The notes beneath the pieces were generated by a model. That model did no database searches. It worked only from the letters and a program-made list of their open reading frames with translations, and was not told the DNA's origin. DNA of 64,000 bases. Origin: Candidatus Eiseniibacteriota bacterium. GTDB taxonomy: Bacteria; Eisenbacteria; RBG-16-71-46. Every line of letters begins with the position of its first letter. Within the stretch, counting starts at the first letter, position 1. Below, piece by piece: positions 1 to 9,843 of the stretch. A program made the position numbers and the translations under genes. The DNA lies in NCBI GenBank assembly GCA_038231135.1, contig JBBRLX010000010.1:1-64000 (forward strand), given 5' to 3'.

Positions 1-140
1 CGGATGCGGGAAACCCGCACGTCCGGTTCGACGAGCGGGATGTGGAAACGGATACGGCGGGGCTCGTGAGGCACCGGCAACCGAAAGGGCCGGTCAACGG
101 CTTGGCTCCGCCTAAACACCGCGCCACATCTCGACTCTAC
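1..140 (+). mobile_element. Group II intron, 3' terminal domains V and VI (rest of intron lies left of the window)
   Basis: 1-29 CGGATGCGGGAAACCCGCACGTCCGGTTC is a DV hairpin with a GAAA-type loop and AC bulge (the AGC triad would be just off-window). DVI pairs GAGCGGGATGTGG with CCACATCTCG-A-CTC, leaving bulged A134, and ends ...CTCTAC at 140 (AY terminus). Confidence 0.9.
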
Positions 141-980
141 CATGGCCGCCGGCGCCGGCTGGCAGCCCGGGCACCAGTAGGTCACGCGCGCGTTCATGCC
201 CGTCCTGGCGAATGCGATGGGAGTTCCACAGCGCCGGCACGGCTGCCCGCCGCGACCGTAGACCCACAGCCGCTCCGATGGATCGGAGCGCCCCGTGGTG
301 CGGCGCAATCCGCGCCACGTCACGATGGCCGCTCCCGAGTCCGGCGCGACGTTGGCCTGCAACAGCCGCCGCGCCGTGGCGAGCAGCGCGAGCAGCGCGG
401 CGTCGGACAGCGCGTCGACCGGCGTCGACGGATGGATGCGCTCGAGGAACAGCGTCTCCGACTTGTAGACGTTCCCCGCGCCTGCGGCCACGCGCTGGTT
501 CAGCAGCGTCTCCGCCACCGGCTCGTGGCCGTGCGCCCGCATGCGGCGGAGCGCCTCCGCGGCGTCGAACGCCGGGTCCAGCAGGTCGGGTCCGAGTTGT
601 CGCAGCTCGCGTTGCCGCCGCAGGCCGCGCGCGTCGAGGAACTCGGCCACCGGAACGTTGAATCCGACGACAACGAACGCGTCCGTCTCGATCACGATCC
701 GCGCGTCGCGCCGCGGGCGCTGCCACCGCTCGCCGGAACGATACACGTGCCAGCTGCCGTTCATGCGCAGGTGCGTGCGCAACGTGAGTTCGTGCTGGAA
801 CGTGATCAGCAGGTGCTTGCCCACCGCGGCCACGCGCTCGATCACGCGGCCCGTAAGCGGCGCGTCCTCGTCCACGCGCGTGAGCGCCGGGTAGACCGAT
901 TCGAACCGCGTCACCGTGCGGCCCGCGATCGCGCGCTGCAACGTGTTCGCGGTGCGGTGGAGGGTGTCGCCCTCAGGCAT
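141..980 (-). CDS. nei: Fpg/Nei-family DNA glycosylase/AP lyase (endonuclease VIII-like); no stop codon before the intron junction
   Basis: Manual translation from ATG at 980 gives MPEGDTLHRTA...GKHLLI...THLRMNGSW, with C-terminal zinc finger CRRCG...TYWCPGCQ. The frame stays open through the antisense intron to the window edge, which is why it is absent from the ORF track. Its ATG overlaps the lhr stop (ATGCCTGA). Confidence 0.9.
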
Positions 981-3900
981 GATCGGGGGCGGGCACGGGG
1001 CGCAACTTCGGCCGAATCTGGTATCCGGCGGGCGACGGCGCGAACCCGGCTTCGGCGAGCCGCGGCGCGATCGGGTGCTCGTGCGCCGGCCGGCCGTCGA
1101 TCTCGGCGATCAGCAGGCCGTCCTCGGTCGCGACTCGCGCGAGCCGCGCCGCAAGGGCCCGGACCACGGCGCTGCGCTGCGGCTCGTCGGCGGGCAGGTT
1201 CACGATCAACTGGCGGCCGCGCCCGATCCACGCGCCGAGCACGCCGTTCACCAGGATGACGCTGGCGCCGACCGCGCGGTTGGGCCCGCGGCCGGGCTCA
1301 CTGCGATCGCCCGGCCAGCGCAGCAGAGTGCCATACGGATTCGCGGGATCGGCCGCCGCGAGCAGCACCACCTCGGGCGGCTCGGGGTCGTCCCGCAGCG
1401 ACCGCAGCAACTCGAGCGCGCCCGGCGCGACGAATTGCGTGGCCGCGACGCCGGTGACGAAGTAGCCGCGGCGGATCCGTCCGCTCTCCTCGAGCACCTT
1501 GAGCGCGCCGTAGACGGCCGAGAACCCGCCGGGAATCGATTCGGCGGCCGCGATCTCGCGGGTGATCACGCCGTGGCGCAGGAGCAGCTGGGTCGCGAGC
1601 GCCGCGCTCCGATCGGCCGGCCGCGCCGGGGCGCCGAGGCGCGCACTCACCAGCGACCAGCGTCCGGCACCGGCCGGCGGCGACGTCCGCCGGCTGCGAA
1701 ACGCGGGCCGCGGGGCGCCGCGCCGGTGCCGGCGCTCATGGCGTCGCGGAACTGCCGAGGCCAGCGCCCGCAGCGCGAGCAGCGAATCGTTGGTCACGAG
1801 CCCGCGCCACACCAGGCTCCACAGCGCGTCGAGCGTGTCGTTCGGGAATCCACCGCCCGCTCCGTCGTGGACCGCGGTGAAGAACGACGCGCCCGCCGTC
1901 TCGAGGAACTCCGCGATTTGCCGCTGGCGCGCCGGCAGGCCGGTCGCGTCGCGCGGAGCCCACAGCCGCGGCAGCGAATCGGTCAGGAACAGCGCGATGC
2001 GGCCGTCGCGGTCGCCGAGCGGCTCGACGCCGAGCCACACCACCTCGCCCGCGGCGATCAACGTGTCGAGGTCCTGGGGGCGGTAGTCCGCGATGCGCGC
2101 CGGCAGGATCGCGGTCTCGAGCAGCGACGCCGGCAGCGCCGCGCCCTGCAGGTGTTCGATCGTGTCGAGCAGCGCGTCGAGCCCGCGGCGCGGCGTCAGT
2201 ACACCCTGCCAGCGGGTGATCGTGCGGCCGAGCACGGCGGGCTCGACCGGTTCGATGTCCTTGCGCAGCCGGGCCAGCGACCGCTGGCGGATCGTGCCCA
2301 GCACCTCGGGATCGCACCATTCGCGCCGCGTGCCGCCCGGCCGGAATTCGCCTTCGATCAGCGTGCCGCCGCCCGCGAGCGCCGCAAGCACCTGCGCCGC
2401 CGCGGACTCCGCGAGCGCGTAGCGGCCGGCGAACGCCTCGCTGGTGAACGGGCCGTGGGTGCGGGCGTAGCGGCGCGCCAGCTCGGCGAGCGCGTCCGGC
2501 ACCGCGGCGAGCAGTGCCTCCGGCAGGCCCTGGGGCAGCGGCAGCCCCAGGGCGTCGCGATAGCGCGCGGCGTATTCGACCGGGATCCAGCGCGGCGTGG
2601 CGCCGATCGTCACCGCCACCACGCGGCGATCGCGCTCGAGCGCCGCCAGCGCCGCGCTCAACTCGAGGTGCTCGACGCGCGCGGCGAGCTCCTCGCGATC
2701 GAGATCGCCGAGCCGCAGCAGCAGATCGTGCACCGCGTCCGGCGTCCGCGCGCGGGCGCGCGGATCCAGGCGCTGCAGTCGAAGCTCGGTGTCCTCGATG
2801 ATGTCGAGGTCGAGCAGCTCGCGCAGCTCCGCCTCGCCCAGCAGCTCGCGCAGCCGGGCGTAGTCGACCGACAGCGCCTGCGCCCGCCGTTCGGCGAGCG
2901 GCGCGTCGCCGTCGTAGAGATAGTTCGCGACGTAGGAGAACAGCAGGCTCGACGCGAACGGCGACGGGGTCTGGGTGTCCGCCACCCCGACGCGGATCGA
3001 CCGGGTCTCGATGCCGCGCAGCGTCTCGACCAGCGCCGGCATGTCGAACACGTCGCGCAGGCACTCGCGATAGGCCTCGAGCAGGATCGGGAACGAGCCG
3101 AACCGCGACGCCACCGACAGCAGGTCGTGGGCGCGCTTGCGCTGCTGCCACAGCGGGGCGCGGCGGCCGGGATGGCGGCGCGGCAGCAGCAGCGCGCGCG
3201 CCGCCGCTTCGCGGAACCGCGCGGCGAACATCGACGTCGAGCCCAGCCGCCGCACCACCAGCGACTCCACCTCGGCGGATGCCGGCAGCATCAACGTGGG
3301 ATCGGGTGGCTCGTCCAGCTCCGGGAACCGCACCACGAAGCCGTCGTCGCTCCACATGGTCTCGGTGTCGAGGCCGCGCTCCATGCGGATGCGCTCGGTC
3401 ACCGCCATCGCCCACGGCGCGTGGATGCGGCCCCCGAACGGGGTGAGCACGGATACGCGCCAGTCGCCGAGTTCGTCGCGCACACGCTCGATCAGCACCG
3501 TGCGATCGTCGGGCACGATGCCGCCCGTCGCTTCCGCCTGATCGGCGAGGTAGCGCACCAGGTTCGTGGCGGCCGTGCGGTCGAGGTCGTGCTGCTTCAC
3601 CAGCAGCTCCTCGGCGGCCGCCGGCGGCAGCCCGCGCAGCGTGCGTACCAGCGCCCCGATCGTGCGGCCGAACTCGAGCGGACGCCCCGCCGTGTCGCCC
3701 TTCCAGAACGGCATCTTGCCCGGCTCGCCGGGCGCCGGCGTCACCAGCACGCGGTCGTGCGTGATGTCCTCGATGCGCCACGTCGAGGCGCCGAGCACGA
3801 ACGTCTCGCCCACGCGCGATTCGAACACCATCTCCTCGTCCAATTCGCCCACGCGCGCGGCCCCCGGTCCCGCGCCCGACAGGAACACCCCGTAAAGCCC

Positions 3901-5554
3901 GAGGTCCGGGATGGTGCCGCCGTTGATCACCGCCACGCGCTTCGCACCGTCGCGCGCGGTCAGGGTGCCGCGCAGCCGGTCCCAGGTCATGCGCGGGCGC
4001 AGGTCGGCGAAGTCGTCCGAGGGATAGCGCCCGGTCAGCATGTCGAGTACACCGTCGAACACGCCGCGGCCGAGCTCGGCGAACGGGGCGGCGCTGCGCA
4101 CGGCGGCGTACAGCGCGTCGGCCGTCCAGTCGTCCATCGACACCATCGCCACGAGCTGCTGGGCGAGCACGTCGAGCGGATTGCGCGGATGGCGGATCGC
4201 CTCGATCCGGCCCTCGTGCATCGCGCGTGACCGCGGCGCACGCCACGAGGTCGCCGCGGTACTTGGGCACGATCACCCCGTTCGATCGCGCCCCGACCTG
4301 GTGGCTCGCGCGCCCGATCCGCTGCATACCGCTCGCCACCGACGGCGGCGCCTCGATCTGGATCACCAGGTCGATCGCGCCCATGTCGATGCCGAGCTCG
4401 AGCGACGACGTCGCGATCAGCGCCCGCAGCGTTCCCGACTTGAGCTGATCCTCGATCTCGATGCGCTGCGGCCGCGCAATCGAGCCGTGATGGGCGCGCG
4501 CCAGCGTGTCGCCCGCCAGCGCGTTGATCGCGCCGGCCAGCCGCTCCGCCAGCCGCCGGCTGTTGACGAAGATCAGCGTCGAGCGGTGTTCGAGCACCAG
4601 TTCGAGCAGCCGCGGGTGGATCGCCGACCAGATCGACGCCCGCACCGGCCCCTGCGCCGCCGGCCCGCTCGGGATCTCGATCGTCTCGCCGAGCTTCGCC
4701 ATGTCCTCGACCGGCACCTCGATGCGCAGCGCGAGTTGCTTCTTCTCGCCGGTCTCCACGATCGTGACCGGCCGCCACGTGGCGCCGGCGCCGCGGGAGT
4801 CGGTGAACTCGTCGTGCACCTCCAGGGCGGCCGCGCCGGGTTTGCGGACCCGCTGGAGGGCGCGGCTGCGTGCGGCCCGCACGCGCCGCGGCGCAGCACC
4901 GCCGAGGAACCGCGCCACTTCGTCGAGCGGACGCTGCGTCGCCGACAGTCCGATCCGCTGCAGGGGCGCGCTGCGGAATGCCTCGAGGCGCTCCAGCGAC
5001 AGCGCCAGGTGGGCGCCGCGCTTGGACGGCACCAGCGCGTGGATCTCGTCGACGATCACGGTGTCCACCGATCGCAGCGTGGCGCGGGCCTGCGAGGTGA
5101 GCAGCAGGTACAGGGATTCCGGGGTCGTGATGAGGATGTCCGCGGGTTCGCGTATCATGCGCGCGCGGTCGGCCGCGGGCGTGTCGCCGGTGCGGACGCC
5201 GACCCGGGGCGGCAGGTAGGGTTCGCCGCGGCGGGTGGCCACGTGGGCGATGCCGACGAGCGGCGCGCGGAGGTTGCGCTCCACGTCCACCGCCAGCGCC
5301 TTGAGCGGGGACACGTACAGCACCCGGCAGCGGTCCTGCTTCGGCGGCTCGGGCGCGAACATCACGCGCTCGATCGCCCACAGGAACGCGGCCAGCGTCT
5401 TGCCGCTGCCGGTGGGCGCCAGGATCAGCGTGGACTCACCGCGCGCGATCGCCGGCCAGCCGAGCGATTGGGATCGGGTGGGCTCGCCGAACGCGCGGTG
5501 GAACCATTCGGCCACCGCGGGATGGAACAGACCGAGCGGGTCGGAGCGTTTCAC
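973..5554 (-). pseudogene. lhr: Lhr (long helicase-related) DEAD/DEAH-box helicase, full-length form with C-terminal domain, split by a frameshift near 4222-4230 (real or assembly error)
   Basis: The N-half (frame from 5554) has APTGSGKT, DEIH, SAT, HHGS, TSSLELGID and QRIGR. The C-half (973..4221) has MHEGRIEA..NPLDVLAQQ, GGTIPD and GELDEEMVFES. The halves join if 2 nt are restored in ACGCGC[GC]GATG. Confidence 0.88.
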
Positions 5555-5649
5555 GACACGCCGTAGATGGACGATGATGGCACGAGACCGAGCGTATCAT
5601 CGGTCCCGGACACCCCGAAATCGGTGCGTTATCTCGAACAAGGATCTCC

Positions 5650-6372
5650 ATGGGACGCATATTCGAAACCCGCAAGGCCACGATGTTCGCGCGCTGGGAC
5701 AAGATGTCCAAGGCGTTCGCCCGCATCGGCAAGGAAATCACGATCGCGGTGAAGTCCGCGGGTCCGCACCCCGAGTCGAACCCCTCGCTGCGGCGGATCA
5801 TCCAGAACTCGCGTGCCGTGAACATGCCCAAGGACAAGGTCGAGGCGGCGATCAAGCGCGCCTCGGGGCAGAACGTGGCGAACTACGACGAGATCGTCTA
5901 CGAGGGCTACGGGGCGCACGGGGTGGCGGTGCTGGTGGAATGCGCCACCGACAATCCCACGCGCACCGTGGCCAACGTGCGATCCGCGTTCACCAAGGGC
6001 GGGGGCAACATGGCGTCGACCGGCAGCGTGGCGTTCCAGTTCAAGCGCATGGGCGTGTTCCGGCTGGCCCCGGCGGGCCTCGACGCCGACACCCTCGAGC
6101 TCGAACTGATCGATCACGGCCTGGACGAGATGGGGGAGAGCACCGGCGAGAAGGGCGACGCGCAGCTGGTGATCCGCTGCGCGTTCACGGACTTTGGCCG
6201 GCTGCAGAAGGCGCTCGAGGACCGCAGTATCACGCCGCTGTCCGCGGAGCTCGAATACGTGCCCGGGACCCCGGTCGAACTGCCCGAGGATCAGGCGCGC
6301 GAAGTGCTCGAGATGGTCGACCGCCTCGAGCAGGACGACGACGTCCAGAAGGTGTTCCACAACCTCGCCTGA
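5650..6372 (+). CDS. yebC: YebC/PmpR-family protein
   Basis: MGRIFETRK..., [36 protein letters not shown]; 240 aa; AGGA RBS. Confidence 0.93.
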   Translation: MGRIFETRKATMFARWDKMSKAFARIGKEITIAVKSAGPHPESNPSLRRIIQNSRAVNMPKDKVEAAIKRASGQNVANYDEIVYEGYGAHGVAVLVECATDNPTRTVANVRSAFTKGGGNMASTGSVAFQFKRMGVFRLAPAGLDADTLELELIDHGLDEMGESTGEKGDAQLVIRCAFTDFGRLQKALEDRSITPLSAELEYVPGTPVELPEDQAREVLEMVDRLEQDDDVQKVFHNLA

Positions 6373-6485
6373 TTGGGACTATCGGGGTTGTGGTCGGACA
6401 CACCGAAGGACTAGCCTCCACTCTTGGTTCGGCCGCCATCGCGACACCCGCGGTGTTCCGGATCGATCCACCCGAGGGGGTCTCC

Positions 6486-6788
6486 ATGTATACCGTGATC
6501 CGCCACTACGCCGGCGCCCGCACGCTGACCGACGAGCTGACGAAGCACAGCAAGGACGTCGAGAACCTGGTGAGCACCGTTCCCGGCTTCGTCTCCTACT
6601 ACCTGATCCGCACCGAGGACGGCGCCGCGTCGGTCACGGTGTGCGAGAACCGCGCCGGCTGCGACGAGTCGTCGAAGCGCGCGGCCAAGTGGCTCGGCGA
6701 GAACCTGCCGAACCTGAAGCTCGCGCCCCCGCAGATCATCGCCGGCGAGCTGGCGTTCAAGTTCGCGCACTATCCCGCCAAGGTCTGA
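6486..6788 (+). CDS. Small dimeric alpha-beta-barrel (ABM-like) protein, 100 aa
   Basis: GAGGGG RBS; MYTVIRHY...VPGFVSYYLI...SVTVCE...ES..AAKW resembles ABM-like small proteins. It is the 3' part of track ORF 5235..6788. Confidence 0.7.
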   Translation: MYTVIRHYAGARTLTDELTKHSKDVENLVSTVPGFVSYYLIRTEDGAASVTVCENRAGCDESSKRAAKWLGENLPNLKLAPPQIIAGELAFKFAHYPAKV

Positions 6789-6802
6789 AGCGGAGCCGTT
6801 CG

Positions 6803-6832
6803 GGGCGCACGCGGCATACGCGTGCGCCCTTT
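6803..6832 (+). terminator. Hairpin, possible intrinsic terminator
   Basis: GGGCGCACGCG-gcata-CGCGTGCGCCC then TTT, directly after the stop at 6788; the U-tract is short. Confidence 0.5.
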
Positions 6833-6903
6833 GCGTGAGCGCCCCAGCCACTTGCACGGCGCCCAACCCGGCATAGGCAGACACGCATTCGGAGGACGAC
6901 ATC

Positions 6904-7914
6904 GTGGACTACGTGCGACTCGGCACCAGCGGGCTCAATGTGTCGCGGCTGTGTCTCGGGTGCATGAGCTACGGCACCAGCCGCTGGCGGCGGTGGGTGC
7001 TCGACGAGCCCGACAGCGAGCCGTTCCTGCGCCGGGCGGTGGAGCTCGGCATCAACTTCTTCGACACCGCCGACATGTATTCCGAGGGCGAGAGCGAGCG
7101 CGTCGTGGGGCGGGCGCTCGCGAAACTCGGCGCCCGCGAGCGGTTCGTGGTGGCGACCAAGGTATTCCACCCCATGGGCGACGGCCCGAACGACCGAGGG
7201 CTGTCACGCAAGCACGTGCTGGCCGCGATCGATGCCTCGCTTCAACGGCTCGGCATGGACTACGTGGACCTCTACATCATCCATCGCTTCGATGCCGCTA
7301 CACCGCTCGAGGAATCCATGGAGGCGCTGCACGACGTCGTGCGCTCCGGCAAGGCCCGCTACCTGGGCGCGTCGAGCATGTACGCGTGGCAGTTCGCGAA
7401 GGCCCAGCACGTGGCGGAGCGGCACGGCTGGACGCGGTTCGTCTCGATGCAGAATCACTACAACCTGGTGTACCGCGAAGAGGAGCGCGAGATGCTCCCG
7501 CTGTGCCGGGACCAGGGCGTGGGCGTGACGCCGTGGAGCCCGCTCGCCCGCGGTTTCCTGGCCGGAAATCGCCAGCCCGAAGATACCGCTCTGACCCGGG
7601 CCGGGGCCGCCGCCACGAACGCCGCGACCACCCGCGCGGGCTCGGACGGATTCGCGCATCAACTCTACTACACCCCGGGCGATTTCGAAGTCGCCCGACG
7701 CGCCGCCGGGATCGCCACGCGCCGCGGCATCGCGCCGGTGCAGGTCGCGCTGGCGTGGCTGCTGCAGCAGCCGGGGATCACGTCGCCGATCGTCGGCGCA
7801 ACGCGGCTCGCGCAGCTCGACGAGCTGGCGGCCGCGATCACGATCTCGCTCGACCCGAACGAGCTGCGCGAGCTCGAGGAACCGTACACGCCACATCAAA
7901 TTCTCGGACACTGA
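6904..7914 (+). CDS. Aldo/keto reductase
   Basis: LGTSGLNVSRLCLGCMSYG, GINFFDTADMYS.GESE, ATK, IHRFD, YNLVYREEERE, PWSPLARG, PIVGAT. Confidence 0.93.
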   Translation: MDYVRLGTSGLNVSRLCLGCMSYGTSRWRRWVLDEPDSEPFLRRAVELGINFFDTADMYSEGESERVVGRALAKLGARERFVVATKVFHPMGDGPNDRGLSRKHVLAAIDASLQRLGMDYVDLYIIHRFDAATPLEESMEALHDVVRSGKARYLGASSMYAWQFAKAQHVAERHGWTRFVSMQNHYNLVYREEEREMLPLCRDQGVGVTPWSPLARGFLAGNRQPEDTALTRAGAAATNAATTRAGSDGFAHQLYYTPGDFEVARRAAGIATRRGIAPVQVALAWLLQQPGITSPIVGATRLAQLDELAAAITISLDPNELRELEEPYTPHQILGH

Positions 7915-7932
7915 GAAGACTGTACCCCGCCG

Positions 7933-9213
7933 TCAGCCCGCAACCGCCCCCGGCCCGGTCTCCGTGAGCACCGGTGTCGTGCGGCGGTAGGCGCGCAGAG
8001 CGGGAGTCTTGCGCGCGACCCACGCGGTTGCGAGCAGGCAGCCGATGCCGCCGGTCACCACCGACAGCGGCGCGCCCCACGCGTTCGCGACCAGGCCGGC
8101 TTCGAGCTCGCCGAGCTGGGGGCCGCCCATGAAGAAGATCATGTTCACGCTGGTCATGCGGCCGCGCATGGCGTCCGGGGTGTTGAGCTGCCGGATGATG
8201 TTGCGGATCACCATGCTCACGGTGTCCGTGGCGCCGGTGAGGCCCAGGCACAGGAACGTGAGCCAGAACTCGCGCGACAGCCCGAACACGATCGTGGCAA
8301 GGCCATAGCCCAGCACTGCCCACAGCATCACGGCGCCGCGCCGCTCGATCTTGTGGGCGAGCGGCACCAGCGCGGCGCTCGTGAGCAGGGCTCCCACCGA
8401 CGGCGCGGCCGACAGCAGTCCGTAGCCCTGCGCGCCCACCCGCAGGATGTCCTGGGCGAAGATCGGCAGCAGCGCGGTCGCGGAGGCGAAGAACGTGGCA
8501 AAGAAGTCCAGCAGCATCGTCGAGCGGATCAACGGAGTGCGGAACACGAACCGCAGCCCCTCGGCCGCCGCGTGGAGCGACAGCTCGCCGCGTTCGTTGT
8601 GCGGCCGCTCCGGGAGGTCGCGCATCATCAGCAGCGCCCCGATGACGAACAGGAACGACACGCCATTGAGCGCGTAGGCCCATGACACGCCGAGCGTGCC
8701 GATGACGAGCCCGCCGAGCGCGGGGCCGAGCACGGACGCGATCTGGAACATGATGGTGTTAAGCGTGATCGCGTTCGGCAGGATCTCGCGGGGCACGAGT
8801 GTGGGGATCAGCGACTGGCGCGCGGGGCCGTCGAACGACCCGAACGCCGAGCCCAGCGCCGCGAGCACGTAGACCGGCCACAGCGAATGCTCGCCGCGGA
8901 ACGAATGGATCGCGAGCAGCGTCGCCGCCAGCGCCATCCCCGACTGGGTCACGAGCATCAGCTTGCGGCGGTCGAGCGCATCCGCCACCACGCCGCTCAC
9001 GAGCGAGAACGCGATGATCGGGACGATCCGCACCAGCCCCACCATGCCGAGCGCGAGCCCGCGCTGGCCGGGCGGCACCAGCAGCGACACGTGCCACAGC
9101 AGCGCGGCGTTCTGCATCATCGAGCCGGCCATCGACACGAGCTGGCTGCTCCATAGCAGGCGGAAGTTCCGGTGCCGGAGCGCAATGAATGGAGAATCGG
9201 GAGTTTCGGTCAT
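7933..9213 (-). CDS. MFS transporter (EntS/DHA3-like)
   Basis: About 12 hydrophobic segments; ALRHRNFRLLW, GVVADALDRRKL, TPDAMRGR. Confidence 0.9.
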   Translation of the reverse strand: MTETPDSPFIALRHRNFRLLWSSQLVSMAGSMMQNAALLWHVSLLVPPGQRGLALGMVGLVRIVPIIAFSLVSGVVADALDRRKLMLVTQSGMALAATLLAIHSFRGEHSLWPVYVLAALGSAFGSFDGPARQSLIPTLVPREILPNAITLNTIMFQIASVLGPALGGLVIGTLGVSWAYALNGVSFLFVIGALLMMRDLPERPHNERGELSLHAAAEGLRFVFRTPLIRSTMLLDFFATFFASATALLPIFAQDILRVGAQGYGLLSAAPSVGALLTSAALVPLAHKIERRGAVMLWAVLGYGLATIVFGLSREFWLTFLCLGLTGATDTVSMVIRNIIRQLNTPDAMRGRMTSVNMIFFMGGPQLGELEAGLVANAWGAPLSVVTGGIGCLLATAWVARKTPALRAYRRTTPVLTETGPGAVAG

Positions 9214-9289
9214 GAACCTGCGGAGGGCCTGGGAGCAGACGGCGACTGGAGCGCCAGACTATCCATTTCCCGCCCGGGGGGGAAAATCA

Positions 9290-9462
9290 CGGGCGCGGGC
9301 CGCGTCGTCCGGCATCGGGTCGCGGGGGCGGGGCCCACAGGCACGCGGGCCGAATGGGATCGGCGGGACGATCGCGGCCGCCAGGTTCCGGCCGGTCTCT
9401 ACTTCGCGCGCCTGGTGTCGGGAACCGCTTCGGCGGCGCGCAAGGTCGTCATTACCCGTTGA
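9290..9462 (+). pseudogene. Orphan remnant of a FlgD-Ig/T9SS-like C-terminal domain
   Basis: AGRVVRH...AEWDRRDDRGRQVPAGLYFARL...RKVVITR* matches the C-terminal domain pattern also seen in 29351..30355. No credible start, signal peptide or passenger domain lies upstream. Confidence 0.55.
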
Positions 9463-9843
9463 ATGCGCGGGGTTCCCGGCTTCGGGAGGGAAGTTCGCTC
9501 GCGCCTTGAATCTTCAGGCGGACCGTTGCTTGCGGAGTGGGAAGCCCGGGCGGATGCGAACCGGTTGCGGGCGCTTCCATACCGACGCCCCGACGAACAG
9601 CTTGAGCAGCAGCGAGCAGGCAGCGGTCAGCGCCACCAGCTTCAATTCACGCGTCATCAACTTGAGCGTCACGGCCGGCCTCCGGATCCACGGGACCCTG
9701 TCGACGGAGCTTACGAATCCGGCTCCGGCAGGGCCTGTTCCCGGGTACCTTTGCATGTAGGATGCCGCGGCAGGATTTCCGGCGCAAGTGATTGTCGTAT
9801 TGGTGGTAAACCAATGTGCCCCGGCTCGATCCCCGGGTCAGAG

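Noticed and set aside
42..5566. Long plus-strand ORFs (42..1259, 916..4230, 4040..5566) and similar long ORFs elsewhere (e.g. 10282..13773, 9647..13183)
   Set aside because: Arg/Ala/Gly/Pro-rich shadow frames overlapping well-supported genes, as expected in very high-GC DNA.
7590..7645. Short TRAG...TRAG duplication inside the aldo/keto reductase
   Set aside because: It falls in a variable loop, is in frame, and has no evident significance.
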